The notes beneath the pieces were generated by a model, which saw only the letters and a program-made list of their open reading frames with translations, was not told the origin of the DNA and did no database searches. Below, one piece after another: positions 48,514 to 57,357 of a stretch of 64,000 nucleotides of DNA (its first letter is position 1; every line of letters starts with the position of its first letter). Source of the stretch: a virus. The translations under genes were made by a program, and so were the position numbers. The DNA lies in the IMG/VR virus record IMGVR_UViG_3300025151_000018, positions 36,889 through 100,888 of that record; one strand, given 5' to 3'.

Positions 48514-49213
48514 CTAATACCCCCGCATCGGCTAATGCCTTTCTCAAGACACGCCATTCATCTGGCGATTTCTCGCTGAAATGTGCTTGTATTACAGTCA
48601 ATACATTCACCTGCTCGTTGCCACCAATAGCCTCAACCCTTTCAAGATATTCCCCAATGTCAGACAAACTATCCCTTATTTCTTTGTGTAGTCTAACTGC
48701 GGTATCAAGACCTTTGTAATCAAGTGTGCCTTCTTCTATTTGCTCTTCACGCATTATATCCACATGATCATTAAACAGGGTATTTAGCCGTTGAAGATTC
48801 CTTTCTGTCTGTTGCATAGCACCTTGAACCGTAGTAATGGTTTGAGGGATTGTTTCTATTGCAACTTGCCTCTGTATGATTGGTTGAGTATGTTCCTGTA
48901 TGTGATGTGATAAAGCATCCACAGTTATTTCTAAATCATCAGCCATAGCATCAATAGGCACTATGTGATTTAAGACGGCTTCTTCAATGTTGGCTCTTTC
49001 AGGGTGTGTGCAAACAGGACATTCGGAATTACTGTTGTTGTGAAACTCCCCTGCATGTCGCCTCATGTGCCTATGAGCCGTTCCCTCCGCCCATGATTGG
49101 TCGGCATCTAACTCGGCCTCTGAAATTAACCCAAGTCGGATATTACGCTCAAAAGCATCTCTTTGTGGGTGCTGACAAAAGGTGCAATTCCGCCTTGTCC
49201 TCCGACCCACCAT
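48506..49213 (-). CDS. possible terminase small subunit (two CxxCxH-HTH repeats plus coiled coil)
   Basis: CTFCQHP...HRHMRRH and CPVCTHP...SHHIQEH followed by a helical oligomerisation-like region; upstream of TerL on the same strand. Confidence 0.45.
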   Translation of the reverse strand: MVGRRTRRNCTFCQHPQRDAFERNIRLGLISEAELDADQSWAEGTAHRHMRRHAGEFHNNSNSECPVCTHPERANIEEAVLNHIVPIDAMADDLEITVDALSHHIQEHTQPIIQRQVAIETIPQTITTVQGAMQQTERNLQRLNTLFNDHVDIMREEQIEEGTLDYKGLDTAVRLHKEIRDSLSDIGEYLERVEAIGGNEQVNVLTVIQAHFSEKSPDEWRVLRKALADAGVLDE

Positions 49214-49225
49214 GTTTAGCGCATA

Positions 49226-49465
49226 TCATTCATCTTTATGTGTTTTCTCATATATTTTACGGTGAAGGTCGCAATATGGTGATGGTTTTTGCACCGCCTT
49301 CTTGCACCTATTACCAGATTTTGCTATCGCTTTACACCTATGTGGCTCTGGATCAGATTTAGGCACAGGCTTCGCCTGTGGTTGTTCCGCTACATACGCT
49401 TGCGGTTGCGGGGCGTAATTTACCCGCCCACTAATACCGAAAGGCTGCGTATTGTCGTATTGCAA
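49226..49465 (-). CDS. small C3H zinc-finger ORF (start uncertain)
   Basis: RCKAIAKSGNRCKK...YCDLH; the only candidate start is a TTG inside the upstream gene. Confidence 0.5.
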   Translation of the reverse strand: MQYDNTQPFGISGRVNYAPQPQAYVAEQPQAKPVPKSDPEPHRCKAIAKSGNRCKKAVQKPSPYCDLHRKIYEKTHKDE

Positions 49466-49682
49466 GTGTTGCGGTTAAGATAAGACCAAAGAACATAGCC
49501 ATCATTTCACCTGTTCCAAGTGATGGCCCTTTCCACACTAACATTACCATTGAAAACAACATAAACGCCAAAATGAAAATCATTGTGGCACTTTCAACTA
49601 ACATCTTATTTGGCGACATTAAACCTACGGTTGTTGCCGACCAATTTACATCTCCTGATATTGTTCTATCATCTTGACCCAT
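49431..49682 (-). CDS. small two-TM membrane protein
   Basis: Two hydrophobic stretches (ATMIFILAFMLFSMVMLVW; MMAMFFGLILTATLAI). Confidence 0.65.
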   Translation of the reverse strand: MGQDDRTISGDVNWSATTVGLMSPNKMLVESATMIFILAFMLFSMVMLVWKGPSLGTGEMMAMFFGLILTATLAIRQYAAFRY

Positions 49683-49686
49683 TATA

Positions 49687-50340
49687 TCACAATCCTACTG
49701 CTGCACCCTTAGCAGCCATGTTCACACCTTGCCCCATAGTAGCACCAAAGCCACCGTTTTGCTGAACCGCATTACCCATCATACCACCAAGAAGGCTACC
49801 AAAGAAGCCCGGTTGTTGTTGTTGTTGCATATTGTTCATCATCATACCTTGTTGATGTGCTGCAAGGAACATTTGTAATTGTTGTTGATTGGCGTTTAAC
49901 ACATTCTGCGCTGAACCCTGTGCCTTTTGTAATGTAAGAGCCAGATTTTCTGGTGATAGTGTTGCAAGGTCTTGTGGTAGTGTTGAAGTATCAAGAGTTA
50001 TTTTATCTCCATCTTGCTTAAATGATACATTGTTGAAAAACTCTTTAATTGACAACATCATAATTTCACCGACCAAATCAAGCACAAGTGCCATGTTTTG
50101 AGAAATCACAAAAGAGGAAACGGGGTCATATAGTTGTAGTAATTGTGAAGTCGCCAAGACAGGATCATTCGCTGCTTGTTGCATCATCGGGTTTTGTGTC
50201 GCTTGCATCATACCCATCATGCCATTGTTCATACCGCCATATTGCTGATTCATACCGCCAAACCCTTGCTGCGCTGCAAGTGATGGCGCACCAAACTGTT
50301 GCGCTGGTTCGCTCTTATTTCCAAATCCAAATAACCCCAT
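49687..50340 (-). CDS. Gln/Met/Gly-rich protein
   Basis: MGLFGFG start with GGTGA RBS; C-terminal GFFGSLLGGMMG glycine-zipper-like segment. Confidence 0.65.
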   Translation of the reverse strand: MGLFGFGNKSEPAQQFGAPSLAAQQGFGGMNQQYGGMNNGMMGMMQATQNPMMQQAANDPVLATSQLLQLYDPVSSFVISQNMALVLDLVGEIMMLSIKEFFNNVSFKQDGDKITLDTSTLPQDLATLSPENLALTLQKAQGSAQNVLNANQQQLQMFLAAHQQGMMMNNMQQQQQPGFFGSLLGGMMGNAVQQNGGFGATMGQGVNMAAKGAAVGL

Positions 50341-50352
50341 TGTTTCACCTAT

Positions 50353-51246
50353 CTATTGTTTTGCTTCCATTTGCTGATTCATTTGCTGCATTTGTGGGTT
50401 GATACCCATCTGTGCCTGTTGAGTTAATTGTTCCATTTGCAACGCCCTCAAATCAAAAGTGATACTAACCAAATCCGCTATGCCTGTCATTGGGTTCGGG
50501 TGTTGCGTCATTACAACCCCTTTTGAGTATTGTGCATCTTGTTGCACCATTCTAAAGAATGGCTCATATTTCATTAGCGACTCTGGTGTTGAACGGTTTT
50601 TCTGTGTCTTTCCTGTCAAACCCGGCACACGCAAAAATCTTGTTCCTTTTGCTACTACCTTTCCAAACCCTTCTTTAGCCATATCTTGTTCTTCAACCAT
50701 GCACTTTAGTGTATGGTAAATATGCAAATGAGCAGGGCATAATGTGCTATTCATCTGGTCGCCATGATCGCCATGTGTGCGAGCATGAGGCTTATTGGCT
50801 TGCCCTGTATCTTCATTAAACCAATATATATCGGCTAATGACAATCCTGTGCGGTCATCAACAATATGAGAATATGCGTTATCACCTTCTAAGAATCGCC
50901 TGACATCAACGCCACAACAAGCACATTCATGTGGTGCATTGTAGCGATATACTTTGAATAGCCCCAAATTGTAGTTTGGTGGCCTTAGTGCTTTGCGAAG
51001 CATCTTGATATTTTTCTTTCTGGCTTTGGCTGGATTCTTGTGGTTGGTCTTTAGATTGATTTCAACCGTTGGTATCATCTGATCATCGTGCATATCGCCC
51101 GATGAACCTGCGCTTGCCATTTCAGCCCTCTGTTGTGCTTTCAACAACTCATAAGCAATGCCCGTTTGCTGCGATAAAACACGCAACTGATCGTCAGAAA
51201 CACCATTGAGGGAAACACCACCGTTGCCAAAGAAAGGGATTCCCAT
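50353..51246 (-). CDS. putative Zn-binding protein
   Basis: MGIPFFG start; HECACCG and LCPAHLH; Gln-rich tail. Confidence 0.6.
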   Translation of the reverse strand: MGIPFFGNGGVSLNGVSDDQLRVLSQQTGIAYELLKAQQRAEMASAGSSGDMHDDQMIPTVEINLKTNHKNPAKARKKNIKMLRKALRPPNYNLGLFKVYRYNAPHECACCGVDVRRFLEGDNAYSHIVDDRTGLSLADIYWFNEDTGQANKPHARTHGDHGDQMNSTLCPAHLHIYHTLKCMVEEQDMAKEGFGKVVAKGTRFLRVPGLTGKTQKNRSTPESLMKYEPFFRMVQQDAQYSKGVVMTQHPNPMTGIADLVSITFDLRALQMEQLTQQAQMGINPQMQQMNQQMEAKQ

Positions 51247-51285
51247 GATACCATGTCAGGGCTAACAGGATAAAAAAACTTCTTA

Positions 51286-52014
51286 TCAAATTAGGTGTAT
51301 AGTATCAACTATTGCCTTTTCAACATGCAAGCCGTATTGAGAAGATATTGCTTCAACATTGGTCGGAATACCTGCCCTTCTCAATCTTCTCAACTCATCT
51401 TGAAACGGTATCACCATTCTATACTGCCTTTTTAGCCCCATAGACCATAGTGCATCTGACTCTGGACTCCACCAAATATCCATCTTATTTAACAAAAGAC
51501 AGACAACCTTTGGTTTCCAACGCTTTGCCTTTTTCTTCATTTTCCTTGAAAATGTTGATGGATATTTAGTATCTGTAATCATATCAACAATATACTGAAA
51601 CCCTGCAACTGCCTCATTACGCAGGTGTGGAGATAACATTATTCTGTGATCGACAACATAGAATATAATATCCCTATGCTCATCTATTATATCTTTAGCC
51701 CACATTCCCCAATACTGTTGTTGCCCCCCTATGTCTGACGATGTAATAGGGGTTCTTTCTCCATTGAATCTAACTTGTTTCTTTGTGCTTCTCGGCATAG
51801 AGAAATTGCCATTGCGAACAGGGTGCGTAGTCCTTAACTCGGCAGGTATTGGGTCAATATCACCGGGAACAGTTAGGTATTGATCAAGAGTTGTTTTACC
51901 GACCATAGATGGCCCATATACCCCAACCCTATGCGGTTTCAACAATCTATACACATAAGTTGCTATTTGGGCTGAACCTAACAGTAAATGCCCTGCAAAC
52001 ATCCATGTTGCCAT
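51286..52014 (-). CDS. Arf-like small GTPase
   Basis: G1 GPSMVGKTT, G2 RTT, G3 DIGGQ, IIFYVVD, G4 NKMD, G5-like AISS; hydrophobic N-terminal extension. Confidence 0.85.
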   Translation of the reverse strand: MATWMFAGHLLLGSAQIATYVYRLLKPHRVGVYGPSMVGKTTLDQYLTVPGDIDPIPAELRTTHPVRNGNFSMPRSTKKQVRFNGERTPITSSDIGGQQQYWGMWAKDIIDEHRDIIFYVVDHRIMLSPHLRNEAVAGFQYIVDMITDTKYPSTFSRKMKKKAKRWKPKVVCLLLNKMDIWWSPESDALWSMGLKRQYRMVIPFQDELRRLRRAGIPTNVEAISSQYGLHVEKAIVDTIHLI

Positions 52015-52020
52015 TCACGA

Positions 52021-52242
52021 TCACTCGCCCCGAATGTGCTGCCAAATGGCTTCTGGGCTTATTTGAAGCCAAATATCCATGCCAACCAAAGTTAGAAAGG
52101 TTATACCAGCAGTTGCAACAACCGCAATAATTAGTTTGATGTTGTTTGTCGCTCGCTCTAACCTTCGCTCATAAGCATTCTCGGCTAATATCATAGACAT
52201 GGCTTCGGCTTGTCTTTCATTAGCGGTGCTAAACGGCCACAT
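52021..52242 (-). CDS. small single-TM membrane protein
   Basis: LIIAVVATAGITFLTLVGM hydrophobic span; MWPF start. Confidence 0.65.
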   Translation of the reverse strand: MWPFSTANERQAEAMSMILAENAYERRLERATNNIKLIIAVVATAGITFLTLVGMDIWLQISPEAIWQHIRGE

Positions 52243-52252
52243 GGGTATCGCC

Positions 52253-52738
52253 TCATTGCACTATGATGCCTTGCTCTTCTTGATTCTTTTGCTCATCGGC
52301 TGGCTCTTCATTAGGTAATCCAAAGGTTTGACCGCCCACCGCTTGATTCCAATGTTGTTGCTTTGACATTTCACTATATTGATACTGCCGATCTTTACGC
52401 ATCCTTCGCTCTTGCAATCTATGTTGAGAGCGTAGCCACTTATCATAGCGGTTCTCTTGAGCAAACTCGGCTCGCATTTGAAGCGAATCTCTGATGCCAC
52501 CGACATGAAACAAGACCATAGCAAGACAGAGGAAACCAAAACAGATTAGCCCGTATTGCAACCCCATCTCGGCTGGCCCTGCATCGGCCAAATACCAATT
52601 CAGGTGCGATACTGCTACTGCCGTTCCTGTTAGCAAAGATTGCCACAGTAGCATGGCTATTAGGTTAATATCAATTCGGTTTTCATCCATTCCACCATAC
52701 GGTGGTCTATTTGGTGGTTGTTGCTGCATTCTATTCAT
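52253..52738 (-). CDS. two-TM membrane protein
   Basis: LIAMLLWQSLLTGTAVAV and YGLICFGFLCLAMVLF; charged C-tail; GGGGAG RBS. Confidence 0.7.
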   Translation of the reverse strand: MNRMQQQPPNRPPYGGMDENRIDINLIAMLLWQSLLTGTAVAVSHLNWYLADAGPAEMGLQYGLICFGFLCLAMVLFHVGGIRDSLQMRAEFAQENRYDKWLRSQHRLQERRMRKDRQYQYSEMSKQQHWNQAVGGQTFGLPNEEPADEQKNQEEQGIIVQ

Positions 52739-52904
52739 CTCCCCTTTGTTTGAAGTATTGCGCTAAAATATGATTCACAAACGATGACTTAGATTCCCTG
52801 CCCCGTTCCGCCTCCATTTTGGCAAACAATTCATCAGGCATTACTACCGATACATGACGGCTCATGTGTAAATGCCACTACTGTTAAGGCTATCAAGGTT
52901 GTGA

Positions 52905-52911
52905 TTAAATA
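52905..52911 (+). promoter_or_regulatory. archaeal TATA box for the 52935-54274 operon
   Basis: TTAAATA(C) about 24 nt before ATG 52935 in a divergent intergenic region. Confidence 0.5.
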
Positions 52912-52934
52912 CATGGTAAGCATCGGGTTTAGTA

Positions 52935-53453
52935 ATGAGCGCAGCAAACCTACCAGAAACTGTATCGGCATTAAGGTCTTTTCAACAGACAAGCAGGTTA
53001 AATGCTGACAACCCTTCAATACTTGAAACTTGGATCCAACGACATACAAATGAAGATACTGCAACCGATTTTAGTTTCAACGCAGCAATCGCAATTTTAC
53101 ATTACCACAATCACCCACTATATGGCGACATAAACAATGTTAGCACAGAAGCACAAACATGGATTTCCCATGTTCAACCTGCTGAAACAATACTCGCACA
53201 AGAGGAAACATGGTTAGATATGCAAACTACTACTATGTTATCCACCAATTTAGTCCGAATCTTCGGATCAGATAACCATTGGTTAGGTCAATGGGGCAGC
53301 ATTAACAATCTCGGTAATGTTCCTATTGCTTATGTTGTCAATTATTTAATTACCCGCTTGCAAATATGTGAAGGAAACAACGGCCCAACAGGTGCAAATA
53401 CCATCTCTCATACCTCGCAAGAGCCACCGGGTATGCAAGAGGAAATCCCATGA
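52935..53453 (+). CDS. hypothetical protein
   Basis: 172 aa; ATGA-coupled to the HMG-CoA lyase gene. Confidence 0.65.
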   Translation: MSAANLPETVSALRSFQQTSRLNADNPSILETWIQRHTNEDTATDFSFNAAIAILHYHNHPLYGDINNVSTEAQTWISHVQPAETILAQEETWLDMQTTTMLSTNLVRIFGSDNHWLGQWGSINNLGNVPIAYVVNYLITRLQICEGNNGPTGANTISHTSQEPPGMQEEIP

Positions 53454-54274
53454 ACAAAGCCATACGGATTTATGAAGTCGGCCCAAGAGATGGCATACAG
53501 GTCATGCAACACATTGTTGATACAGATCTCAAGGTAAAACTAATTGAAAGTCTGGTAAAGGCTAATTTGAAAGACATTGAAGTCGGTTCGTTTGTTCACC
53601 CCAAACTTGTTCCTAACATGGCTGATTCAGCCGAAGTGTATGAAAAAATATCACATTTAGATGGTAATTTTGGGGTTCTTGTGCCAAACGGCAAGGGTTT
53701 GAGCCGAGCGCAAGAAGTGGGTGCTAAGATGTTTAATGTATTCTTTTCACCCGTTGCCTCATTCAATATCGCTAATCACGGTAAAACCTATGATGAAGTC
53801 TTTGAGCAATACTACATTGCACTAAAGGATATACCCAGAGATAGGGTTCGGGTCTATCTATCCATGTCATTCCACGCTACAAAGAAGCAAATGCACAAGG
53901 CTATGAAAGACGCTTTGATGCTTGGCGACAAGGTTGTATTGTGTGATACAGACGGCAAAGCATCAAGCGAGCAATTCTATCACACTATACGCAGGGCATT
54001 AGAGCATACAGATAATGTTGCAATTCACCTACACCAAAGCACAAAACTCATGCAAAATGTCGCTACTGCCTATGATATGGGTATTACGGAGTTTGATTGT
54101 AGCATAGGTGGTATGGGCGGTTGCCCGTTTGTTGAAGGATCTAAGGCTAACCTTGCCACAGAAGATTTGGTTCAATGGTGCAAAGAGCGTGATATACCCT
54201 GTAATGTGGGTGATTTATCACAAGCGTTAGAGATTGTTAGTAAAATCAAAAATCATCAAGTTGTCTTGGGTTAA
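53450..54274 (+). CDS. hmgL: hydroxymethylglutaryl-CoA lyase (DRE-TIM metallolyase)
   Basis: EVGPRDGIQ, EVGSFVHPKLVPNMAD, LVPNGKG, HLH metal site, GGMGGCPFVEGSKANLATEDLV. Confidence 0.9.
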   Translation: MNKAIRIYEVGPRDGIQVMQHIVDTDLKVKLIESLVKANLKDIEVGSFVHPKLVPNMADSAEVYEKISHLDGNFGVLVPNGKGLSRAQEVGAKMFNVFFSPVASFNIANHGKTYDEVFEQYYIALKDIPRDRVRVYLSMSFHATKKQMHKAMKDALMLGDKVVLCDTDGKASSEQFYHTIRRALEHTDNVAIHLHQSTKLMQNVATAYDMGITEFDCSIGGMGGCPFVEGSKANLATEDLVQWCKERDIPCNVGDLSQALEIVSKIKNHQVVLG

Positions 54275-56672
54275 GTTTGGTATTGTAAATATGCTCTAAC
54301 AATGAAGGAGGGTATCTTGCAAGTGGGTTATCGTGATCAGCATAACCGATTGTTGAACCTCTCCGATAACACGCACGACACTTCTTTTCTCCCGTCATTG
54401 GGTCAGGTTGCATATCACATTTCCTTTTGAGTTGATTAGGCTCAATTGAAGCGGGGCATACGCTAAAATTAGGGTTGTTTTCCATAAGTGTGTCATAAGT
54501 AGTGAAGTCAATCGCAGGGTGTTTTCCTAATTCGTGCAAATTAACACCCTCATACACCGTGTTGGGTTTAATGTCATCAGGAGTCATTCTTCCCGGTAAA
54601 GATACCTTTAACGCCAAATTAGGTGAAATATCTTCCCAACCTCTCGCATCAAGGAACTCTTGTAAGAACGGTAATTGGCGTGTTGAACCCCAAAAATCAA
54701 CGGCAGGGTTGTCCTCTGCTATTTTGTCTGCTGCTGCATACGCACCCGGTCCTTGAGCATCACCTGCCGACCATAACCTTGCAACAGGTTTGTCTTTTCT
54801 TGAAGTGCGGTCTAACAATGCTCTTGGTGTTGCAGTAAGTGAATAGGCTGATGCTACTTCTTCTGGGTGTTCTATCATTCTATCATAATTTCTCCAAAGT
54901 GCTGCTTGTGTTGAGTTGAATTTGTAGTTATGGTCGCAAGCATAACAATGACCGCAAGCCGAATTAGGATTATCTCTTGTAGCAAAGACACAGGCTCTTG
55001 GTGGTGCATCCATCATAGATGGCCCTGCCATTTTACCCGGTTGTCCGTAATGCCCGAACTTCTCTGGCTTTCCTCTATAATCAAGATTTACACTAACATC
55101 TTCCCATTCTGGCAATTCATAATCAGCGTCAAGGGGAATATCCATCAAGCGGGGATTACCAAACTCATCGGTGATGTGGTCTTGCACCAAATAGTCGTTT
55201 GCTTTTAACCAATTGATAAGATCCATATTTCCGCTATTCCATTTCCCTTCAACCTTTTTTCCTGATTCTTTTCCTGTTGGGATGCCAAGATCTTTCCACC
55301 AATTCATGTAATTTGGCATTTCATCAGGTGCTACTGCCTTGTTGAATATATCAGCCATTTCTGTCAAATCATTGACAATTGACCTGCGAATGATTGTCTG
55401 TGGGTCTATGCCGTCAGGAAAAAACTCGGCTTTTCCTAACCAATCGTCTGGGTTGAATGCTTCACCAAACCTTTGTTCCCATGCCATAGCCTCTTCTGGT
55501 GTTCCTAAGAATTGTTGTTGTGGGTGATCTCTAAAATACTCGGCAGCGTCAAAGTTAGGAATGTTTGCAGTAGCAATCAATTCGGGCTTAATGCCTCTTT
55601 TACCTACTGTTGCAGTATTATCCCTGCGTCTGTTCAACATTGTGCTAAAGCCTTGATCGCGATATAAATCCGCAACAAGTGGGCTATTGTATGCTATGAT
55701 AGGCAAACCATCTTCGGCTAATTCACCCAATCGCCTTGCGAGTTGTTGTTGCTGACCGCTTTTCATATCAAACTTATCAGAATACCCTGCTTGCTCTCCT
55801 TCATACGGTGGGTCAATTGGCATAATACCCCTATTGGTATCAATCTCCTTATCCCTCAAAAACTCATCAACAGGCATAGCATCCATTTCCCAATTTTCCA
55901 TCATTGGCTTGTAGTGCCTGTAATTCCATATATCAGCATAAGGGCCACCTGCGCCTCTTGTCATGGTATATCTTCCTGTTTGGTTGTTATATCTGGTAAA
56001 TGCGTTTAGTGAAGATTGCTGCGTCATAAGCCACAATTGGGCTAATCGTTTGTAGCCATCATCATCTAATTCTCCACGATTCGCCATGTCTAACATATAA
56101 TTTAGTGAACCTTCTTCTGGATTTATTGCACTACCTCTTAATGTCGGTCCATCATAATGGCTTATGTCATGTCCTCCTTGAACCGCAGCCTCTTGGCCGA
56201 ATTGAGAGCCAAAGAATGTCGGCTTGCTAATCATATTTGGCCTTGCTATATATTCCGAAGGATCCATCTGTTGCCCTGCTTTTTGTCCTGTTGGGAAAAT
56301 TTGTCTTGCCCTGTCATCATCAGGAATACCATGCCCTGTAAATTCCGACCAATCAATTTCAAAGTTGGGGTCTTGTTGCATTTGGCGATATGCGTTAATG
56401 ATGTTAGCATCTTTATCGGCTACTGATATTTCCTTCATAGGCAAATTCAATGGTAAATTCGCACCACCAACCATTGGGTCATACAGAATATCAGCACCTG
56501 TCCTTGAAACTATGCGCTTCAAAGGGTCAATGTAGTGATCTCTCCCTTTACTACCAGCCCACTTTAATGGTGATTGTATTTCTGGGCGACCCTTTTGCGG
56601 GGGTTTTATACCTCTAACACCTTGACCTTTTGGCTTAGGGTCAGGGCCATCAAAGAGATAACGGTTAGCCAT
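54246..56672 (-). CDS. Dam-family (D12) DNA adenine methyltransferase fused to a gp88-like Cys-rich domain
   Basis: SPLKWAGSK, YDPMVGG, DKDANIINAY, NAFTRYN, IDPPY; then AC...SACGHCYA...RLWSAGD...FWGSTR...CPA...CRACY. Confidence 0.75.
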   Translation of the reverse strand: MANRYLFDGPDPKPKGQGVRGIKPPQKGRPEIQSPLKWAGSKGRDHYIDPLKRIVSRTGADILYDPMVGGANLPLNLPMKEISVADKDANIINAYRQMQQDPNFEIDWSEFTGHGIPDDDRARQIFPTGQKAGQQMDPSEYIARPNMISKPTFFGSQFGQEAAVQGGHDISHYDGPTLRGSAINPEEGSLNYMLDMANRGELDDDGYKRLAQLWLMTQQSSLNAFTRYNNQTGRYTMTRGAGGPYADIWNYRHYKPMMENWEMDAMPVDEFLRDKEIDTNRGIMPIDPPYEGEQAGYSDKFDMKSGQQQQLARRLGELAEDGLPIIAYNSPLVADLYRDQGFSTMLNRRRDNTATVGKRGIKPELIATANIPNFDAAEYFRDHPQQQFLGTPEEAMAWEQRFGEAFNPDDWLGKAEFFPDGIDPQTIIRRSIVNDLTEMADIFNKAVAPDEMPNYMNWWKDLGIPTGKESGKKVEGKWNSGNMDLINWLKANDYLVQDHITDEFGNPRLMDIPLDADYELPEWEDVSVNLDYRGKPEKFGHYGQPGKMAGPSMMDAPPRACVFATRDNPNSACGHCYACDHNYKFNSTQAALWRNYDRMIEHPEEVASAYSLTATPRALLDRTSRKDKPVARLWSAGDAQGPGAYAAADKIAEDNPAVDFWGSTRQLPFLQEFLDARGWEDISPNLALKVSLPGRMTPDDIKPNTVYEGVNLHELGKHPAIDFTTYDTLMENNPNFSVCPASIEPNQLKRKCDMQPDPMTGEKKCRACYRRGSTIGYADHDNPLARYPPSLLEHIYNTKLNPRQLDDF

Positions 56673-57357
56673 TGTTCCGTTCCCTCCATTCTTGTTCAGC
56701 CTTCTCTTGAGCGACCCTCAATTGTGCCATCATTTCACCCCATTGTTCACTATACATAGGGTTATCCCAAATAGTAATACCGGGATTACCTGCCGACCTA
56801 TCTTCATTTGATGGGTTTCCTTCCGCCATCATGTTAGGCCACAAATCTTCTGGGGGTATTTCTTTGGTTGAAACAACGGAGTCGCCTTCGCTCGGTTCGT
56901 AGTCTGGCCCCATCAACATTTCAGGCACAACGGCACTATGATCTATACCCGGTTGAATACTTGGGTCATCTTCATCACGCCAAAACGGTATAGTTGCTAT
57001 TTTCGGAGAACCCCGTCTGCCAAAGGACATCCAACGCCTTGCCAAATCTGGGTTTTTTGAAGCATATACTAACGCCTCTGGCCCAAACTTTATCCCATCT
57101 CTAAGAATAGGCATGACATTTTCTTCTGGTGTAGCATGATAATACCAAGGTGCTTTTACCAAACTACCTAAATCGCCATCTCTGTCATACTCTTTCCATT
57201 TGCCATCTAAATCAGCAATAAAGTATCTCCCACAACCTCTGCAAAAGATACTGCCATCTCTTGAGTTATGATATTCATCTTTCAAATTGCAAGAGGGGCA
57301 TTCAAAAAATGGGGCTTCTTTGATAATCGCCCAACCTGTATCAAATGCAACACCCAT
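56665..57357 (-). CDS. tagged Zn-ribbon plus ADP-ribosyltransferase-fold protein
   Basis: AFDTGWAIIK; CPSC/CRGC; YYHATPEENVMPILRDGIK...VYASKNPDLARRW...EIPPE. Confidence 0.6.
   Translation of the reverse strand: MGVAFDTGWAIIKEAPFFECPSCNLKDEYHNSRDGSIFCRGCGRYFIADLDGKWKEYDRDGDLGSLVKAPWYYHATPEENVMPILRDGIKFGPEALVYASKNPDLARRWMSFGRRGSPKIATIPFWRDEDDPSIQPGIDHSAVVPEMLMGPDYEPSEGDSVVSTKEIPPEDLWPNMMAEGNPSNEDRSAGNPGITIWDNPMYSEQWGEMMAQLRVAQEKAEQEWRERNNG

Noticed and set aside
147-52646. Numerous short + strand ORFs in the track
   Set aside because: They are antisense shadows of long, tightly packed - strand genes, with no recognisable motifs or RBS.
25492-52762. GCAATACTT upstream of both the 25466 and 52738 genes as a viral promoter motif
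   Set aside because: Only two copies at different spacings; compatible with chance.
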